DNA of 64,000 nt from Haliotis rufescens. Lineage: Eukaryota. Positions 60,795-64,000 of the stretch are shown in pieces. The DNA lies in the NCBI RefSeq assembly GCF_023055435.1, contig NW_025964057.1, forward strand, positions 1,736,001-1,800,000, read 5' to 3'. How positions within the stretch are numbered: the first letter of the stretch is position 1; the number at the start of each line of letters is the position of its first letter. Made by a program: the position numbers and the translations under genes. The notes beneath the pieces were generated by a model, which was given only the letters and a program-made list of their open reading frames with translations, was not told where the DNA came from and made no database searches.

Positions 60795-63110
60795 AAGAGG
60801 ATATACGCGTTCTGAGCAGCGAGCTGAGGATGTATACTGGCACTGAGCAGGGAGCTGAGGAGGTATACTCGCACTGAACAGGGAGCTGAGGAGGTATACT
60901 CGCACTGAACTGGGAGCTGAGGATGTATACTCGCACTGAACTGGGAGCTGAGGATGTATACTCGCACTGAGAAGGGGGCTGAGGATGTATACTCGCACTG
61001 AGCAGGGAGCTGAGGAGGTATACTCGCACTGAGAAGGGGGCTGAGGAGGTATACTCGTACTGAACAAGGAGCTGAGGATGTATACTCGCACTGACAAGGG
61101 GGCTGAGGATGTATACTCGTACTGAACAGGGAGGAGCTGAGGATGTATACTCGCACTGAACAGGGAGGAGTTGAGGATGTATACTCGCATTGAACAGGGA
61201 GGAGCTGAGGATGTATACTCGCACTGACAAGGGGGCTGAGGAGGTATACTCGTACTGAGCAAGGGGCTGAGGAGGTATACTCGTACTGAGCAGGGAGCTG
61301 AGGAGGTATACTCGCACTGAGAAGGGGGCTGAGGATGTATCCTCGCACTGAACAGGGAGGAGCTGAGGGTGTATACTCGTACTGAGAAGGGAACTGAGGA
61401 TGTATACTCTTACTGCGCAAGGAGCTGAGGAGGTAAACTCGCACTGAACAGGGAGGAGCTGAGGATGTATACTCGCACTGAACAGGGAGGAGCTGAGGAT
61501 GTATACTCGCACTGAGCAAGGAGCTGAGGATGTATACTCGCACTGAACAGGGAGGAGTTTAGGATGTATACTCGCACTGAACAGGGAGGAGCTGAGGATG
61601 TATACTCGCACTGAACAGGGAGGAGTTGAGGATGTATACTCGCACTGAACAGGGAGGAGTTGAGGATGTATACTCGCACTGAACAGGGAGGAGCTGAGGA
61701 TGTATACTCGCACTGTAACAGGGAGGAGCTGAGGATGTATACTCGCACTGAGCAAGGAGCTGAGGATGTATACTCGCACTGAACAGGAAGGAGCTGAGGA
61801 TGTATACTCGCACTGAACAGGGAGGAGCTGAGGATGTATACTCGCACTGAACAGGGAGGAGCTGAGGATGTATACTCGCACTGAACAGGGAGGAGCTGAG
61901 GATGTATACTCGCACTGAGCAAGGAGCTGAGGATGTATACTCGCACTGAACAGGGAGGAACTGAGGATGTATACTCGCACTGAACAGGGAGGAGCTGAGG
62001 ATGTATACTCGCACTGAACAGGGAGGAGTTGAGGATGTATACTCGCACTGAACAGGGAGGAGTTGAGGATGTATACTCGCATTGAACAGGGAGGAGCTGA
62101 GGGTGTATACTCGTACTGAGAAGGGAACTGAGGATGTATACTCTTACTGCGCAAGGAGCTGAGGAGGTAAACTCGCACTGAACAGGGAGGAGCTGAGGAT
62201 GTATACTCGCACTGAACAGGGAGGAGCTGAGGATGTATACTCGTACTGAGCAAGGAGCTGAGGATGTATACTCGCACTGAACAGGGAGGAGCTGAGGATG
62301 TATGCTCGCACTGAACAGGGAGGAGCTGAGGATGTATACTCGTCCTGAGAAGGGGACTGAGGGTTTATACTTGTACTGGGCAGGGAACTGAGGGTGTATA
62401 CTCGTACTGAGCAGGGGACTGAGGGTGTATACATCTACTTAGTAGGGAGGTGTGAATGTACAGTCCTACGAAGCAGGGAGCTGACGATATATACTTGATC
62501 TTAGAAAGCACCTGAGGATGTATACTCGTACTGAGAAGGGAACTGAGGATGTATAATCGTACTGAAAAGGGGACTGAGGGTGTATACTCGTACTGAGAAG
62601 GGGACTGAGGGTGTATACTCGTACTGAGAAGGGTACTGAGGGTGTATACTTGTCCTGAGAAGGGGACTGAGGGTTTATACTTGTACTGGGCAGGGAACTG
62701 AGGGTGTATACTCGTACTGAGCAGGGGACTGAGGGTGTATACTCGTACTGAGAAGGGTACTGAGGGTGTATACTTGTCCTGAGAAGGGGACTGAGGGTTT
62801 ATACTTGTACTGGGCAGGGAACTGAGGGTGTATACTCGTACTGAGCAGGGGACTGAGGGTGTATACTCGTACTGAGAAGGGTACTGAGGGTGTATACTTG
62901 TCCTGAGAAGGGGACTGAGGGTTTATACTTGTACTGGGCAGGGAACTGAGGGTGTATACTCGTACTGAGCAGGGGACTGAGGGTGTATACATCTACTTAG
63001 TAGGGAGCTGTGAATGTACAGTCCTACGAAGCAGGGAGCTGACGATATATACTTGATCTTAGAAAGCACCTGAGGATGTATACTCGTACTGAGCAGGGAG
63101 CTGAGAATGC
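60795..63110. repeat. Minisatellite, 31/34-bp units, two subfamilies, with higher-order duplications
   Basis: gctgaggatgtatactcgcactgaacagggagga on the left and actgagggtgtatactcgtactgagaagggg on the right. 62335-62535 is repeated at ~62895-63095. Confidence 0.97.
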
Positions 63111-63724
63111 AAATGTTGACTTGGTTCTTCTTCTTATTATCAATATTTATATTGATATTAGTATGCCCTTGGCTCACTTTAAGTTATGTTTTTGCTTCTT
63201 GGACTGCCATAATTTCATAATTATTTGTAATTCCAAATGTTCAGGTCGTGGGTTAAATGACACCCAAGTTTGTTTCAAATCACCACATTTTCAAACGTTA
63301 GTCAGTCTAGCAGTTTATGATTTGCCTTTATTACACGTGGGAAATGCTGTAGTATTATTCTTCAGGTTCTGACAATTTAGCAGTCATAAGCCCTTGGAGT
63401 TTTGTTTGAAACTGATCCACACTTGCATTCTCTTTCTGTGAAGGGACACAACACATTGTATTTGCCTCACATGTCACATGTGTTGTGAAAAGATGCATTT
63501 CTACAAACGTCTGATTCTGTGTATTCGTGTGATAAATCAATCCATAGATGATTGTTGTGCATTTCTACGTATAAATTTACAACTTTTGGCGATAGATCGG
63601 ATTTGTGTAAGCTTTGCCCCGCTTTTATATTTGAGCAATGTCACAGCAGGAGACAGTTGGCTATGTAGGTGTCAGATATGTTTAGAAAAGTGGAGGTTAC
63701 TATTTTCAATTATCCGGGACTGAG

Positions 63725-63955
63725 TGAATGGATGACCGAAGCAATATAGCAATATTCCAGCTATAAAATGGCGGAGGTCTGTAAATAATTGAGTCTGGAC
63801 CAGACAATCCTGTGACTGATATCATGAGCACCGATCCACGCAATTGGGATCGTTGACATGCATCAACCAAGTTAGCGAGCCTGACCACCCGATCCCGTTA
63901 GTCGCCTCCTACGACAAGCATGGGTTATTAAAGACCTATTCCAACCCGGATCGGA
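63725..63955 (-). mobile_element. SINE-like interspersed repeat, same family as 46580
   Basis: Reverse complement: caatattccagctata...gagtctggaccagacaatcc...gtcgcctcctacgacaagcatgggtt...ccaacccggatc. Confidence 0.85.
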
Positions 63956-64000
63956 GATCAAGTGAGACTGTCCCATCTCAAACATATCTTTCAAACAGAG

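Noticed and set aside
60731-62992. Long ORFs of up to 501 aa
   Set aside because: Satellite translations with non-triplet units cycling through frames.

Overview
Eukaryotic, intron-rich and repeat-rich genomic DNA. The SINE repertoire suggests a mollusc, probably a gastropod such as abalone (inference). There is one assembly gap (22034-22194). The left half (1-32.8 kb) is a minus-strand tandem array of at least four copies of one gene unit: two near-complete (here B, 5.3-15.2 kb, and C, 22.7-32.8 kb) and two relics (A, 1-4.5 kb, and D, 19.3-20.8 kb). The reconstructed gene has a TATA/CCAAT/E-box promoter and short first exon (seen for A and B), a ~6.8-6.9 kb exon of ~50 Gly/Arg/Asp/Glu-rich 43-aa repeats ending in a RHIM-like motif (ISNVQCGNNNSIV / ISNAQCGNSNIIV), and a phase-1 terminal exon with a basic linker and a C-terminal hydrophobic tail. 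The predicted proteins are ~2,330-2,390 aa. B carries one 1-bp frameshift and C one nonsense codon. Two more RHIM-like motifs occur: VQLGKKNIV at ~3.95 kb and TQIGTNTI at ~56.3 kb. At 41.4-50.1 kb (+) nine exons splice in frame into a type I receptor with a YWTD-like propeller, MEGF-type EGF repeats, a TM helix and an NPxY plus ITAM-like tail. The rest is SINEs, decayed LINE/Penelope/DNA-transposon pieces and many minisatellites, two of which have their unexpanded monomer in a paralogous copy. The best candidate for an undescribed system is a cluster of giant, possibly tail-anchored RHIM (amyloid-signalling) proteins. All calls come from reading the sequence; no database search was run.
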